This document shows, one piece after another, positions 61,986 to 64,000 of a stretch of 64,000 nt of DNA (position 1 is the stretch's first letter; each line of letters opens with the position of its first letter). Source of the DNA: Lama guanicoe (taxonomy: Eukaryota); contig MU054001.1 of NCBI GenBank assembly GCA_013239625.1, positions 620,001-684,000 on the forward strand. The letters are read 5' to 3'. The position numbers and the translations under genes are program-made. The notes beneath the pieces are model-generated. The model saw only the letters and a program-made list of their open reading frames with translations, was not told where the DNA came from and did not search any database.

Positions 61986-62183
61986 TGTGACTGGTATATA
62001 TAGAACACTTAAGGCATGTGTTTTTCCATGTGACTTCTGTGACTTCAAGGTTGGGGTGGGGGGACGTTGGGTAGGGTGGTGAGGAAATAAATACTCATCC
62101 CACTCCCGTCCCATTTTTTTCTGCCTCTTCCTCTCTGATGCCAAAGGTGGCTCCCCTACCCATGGAATTTCCCTTTTCCCATT
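61986..62183 (-). repeat. Inverted repeat, arm B
   Basis: tgtgactggtatatatagaacact...atgtgacttctgtgacttc...cctacccatggaatttcccttttcccatt. Confidence 0.95.
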
Positions 62184-62534
62184 CCCTGCCCATGTTTCCC
62201 TTAGAAATCCTCTGATGAACTGTGCTGCTCACCGGTAGGAGAGTGTCAGAGATGACAGCTGCCCTTGGTGTCACAGTGTCCTGGAACTTACAGGAACTTG
62301 GCAGTCATGATAGAGGGTGACCCAGTGTTCGGTGACCACACCAAACAAGTCTTCCATCAATTTCCTTATTCTTGGCTCCATTCTGGGCATCGCTATATGA
62401 AGTGGGTACTAGGACACTGCTGGATCTCAGGCCTGGGCAGGGTTTTTGTGTCTGTTTGGCTCGTGGTAACATTTGCTTTGGTTCCATCTGTTCCTCTTCT
62501 TCCGGAGGTGTTCTTTGATGTTATGTGTGCCTGA

Positions 62535-62712
62535 TAATAACACCAACAACTTAATGAACAGTGCCACCATGCACTGGATACCCTACCAAGTGCCAGGTAC
62601 TCTCCTGGTCCTTTTCTGTATACGATTCCAGCTCAGGGCAACCTTTTAAAACCAGATTGTATTACCTTTGTTTTGCTGATGAGGCAACTGAGGCTCAGAG
62701 ACACCATGACCA
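62535..62712 (-). mobile_element. MIR SINE
   Basis: taataacaccaacaactta...cctaccaagtgccaggtactct...tgctgatgaggcaactgaggctcagaga. Confidence 0.75.
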
Positions 62713-63544
62713 TCTGGGGTCTCACTTATTCTGTAGCAAGCATCCCTTCCAACGTACATCCTCCCTCCAAACGTTGGACATGCACTGCTGGAAACAGAGA
62801 AGATAACTTTCAGGCCTCTGCGTGCATGAGGTAACCTTGAATCAATGGTGGCTGAGCTCCTTCCTTTTCGTATGCTCCTTCGATACCACCGGCTACGTGA
62901 AGCAGGAGCTCTGTCTGCTGGTGTTGAGGCTTGCACACGTGGCTGATGTTTGTTAATTTCCCCTTTTAATAAAGAGACAGTGGCCTCCAGCACTGAGCCT
63001 TGGGCAAGCAATTATATCCAACTGGAATTGAATAGTATCGTTGTTTTTATACTTGTATTTATTTTGTATTGCAACTTTCTTTTTATTCCAAGTGATATTA
63101 ATTTCCCCTTCGTGGTAGTGATGAAAAGTTTCCTTTTAAGAGACATCAATCTAGATTTTAAGAAGTGGGCCAATGCAAAGAAAAATGTTAAATAAATAAT
63201 GGTATGGATCATATGCAGATAGAGAATCTATGTAAAATTGATACTCAAATGACTGAAATGTTGGAAACCTTGCTCTCCTCAATACTTCACTTATTTGGAA
63301 GCCAAGCCCACATGGGGCACAGAAGGACATGAGGACACATTGGTGCGTACACTTTTTTTGCACAGGCATTATTTTGTGACATTGTAGTTTTTTGACAGAG
63401 TTGAGTCATACAGCCCTTCAAATTATTCAATAAACATTTTCCCATGGCTCCATCTTTCCTGTGGGGGGATCGGATGGGTGCACCTGCAGAATGATCATAG
63501 AAGGTAGTGTGATAAAGACTGGAAGTGAGACATGGGCAGAGTGT

Positions 63545-63890
63545 GGCAGAGTCTGCAGACATGTGGGATCACTTCTGGAAGTAGGGATCCAGAAGGCTTC
63601 CTGAGGAAAGAGGCATTTGAGTTAGGCTTCAAGGAATGGGTAGCCATCAATTACATGGACATGGGGTGGAGGGAAGGGGGCAGAGAAACAGAGTGGAAAA
63701 GTACAATCTGAGTCTGGGAAATAGGTACTATCCAGTTTGCTCTGAGCACTGGGAGATGTTACCAGAAGAGTAGTTTGGAGAAAAATCCTCAAGATCCTTA
63801 AAAATTGGCCAAGGAGATGGGGCTTATTTTAGAATGGAGTTGGAATCCACTGAAGGCTCCTCGATAGGGAATGGAAATTACTAGGATCAG
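63545..63890 (-). mobile_element. L2 LINE fragment
   Basis: gaaggcttcctgaggaaagaggcatttgagttaggcttcaaggaatgggtag...ggaatccactgaagg. Confidence 0.7.
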
Positions 63891-64000
63891 TTACTCACAG
63901 CACTCAGTTGCCCCAAGAACCTGCATTGTCCCAAATTTGTCTTTTCCTCTTACATTAGGTGAGCTACTTCTGAGGCCTCATTTCATGCCTAGAAAGCCTG

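Overview
Eutherian mammalian non-coding DNA. It is very probably camelid (alpaca/llama/camel), based on four short tRNA-derived SINEs of the Vic-1 type and a young artiodactyl-type L1 3' end. I find no supportable host protein-coding gene, rRNA, true tRNA or CRISPR array. The ORF track is essentially chance ORFs plus L1 ORF2 debris. Roughly half the window is recognisable interspersed repeat (L1/HAL1, L2, MIR, MaLR/ERVL LTRs, Tigger and hAT DNA transposons), often nested with readable target-site duplications (TSDs). Between these lie repeat-free blocks that look like regulatory DNA, notably ~33.7-37.1 kb (CpG-retaining, with CCAAT/GC boxes and a GCGTG repeat) and ~51-55 kb (TAAT-rich). The most unusual structure is a composite local duplication at 60.95-62.71 kb: a ~200 bp inverted copy fused to a ~66 bp direct copy of two separate downstream segments. 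Repeat family names come from my recall of consensus sequences, not from a search. Boundaries are approximate unless a TSD is quoted. I see no evidence for a new multi-gene system.
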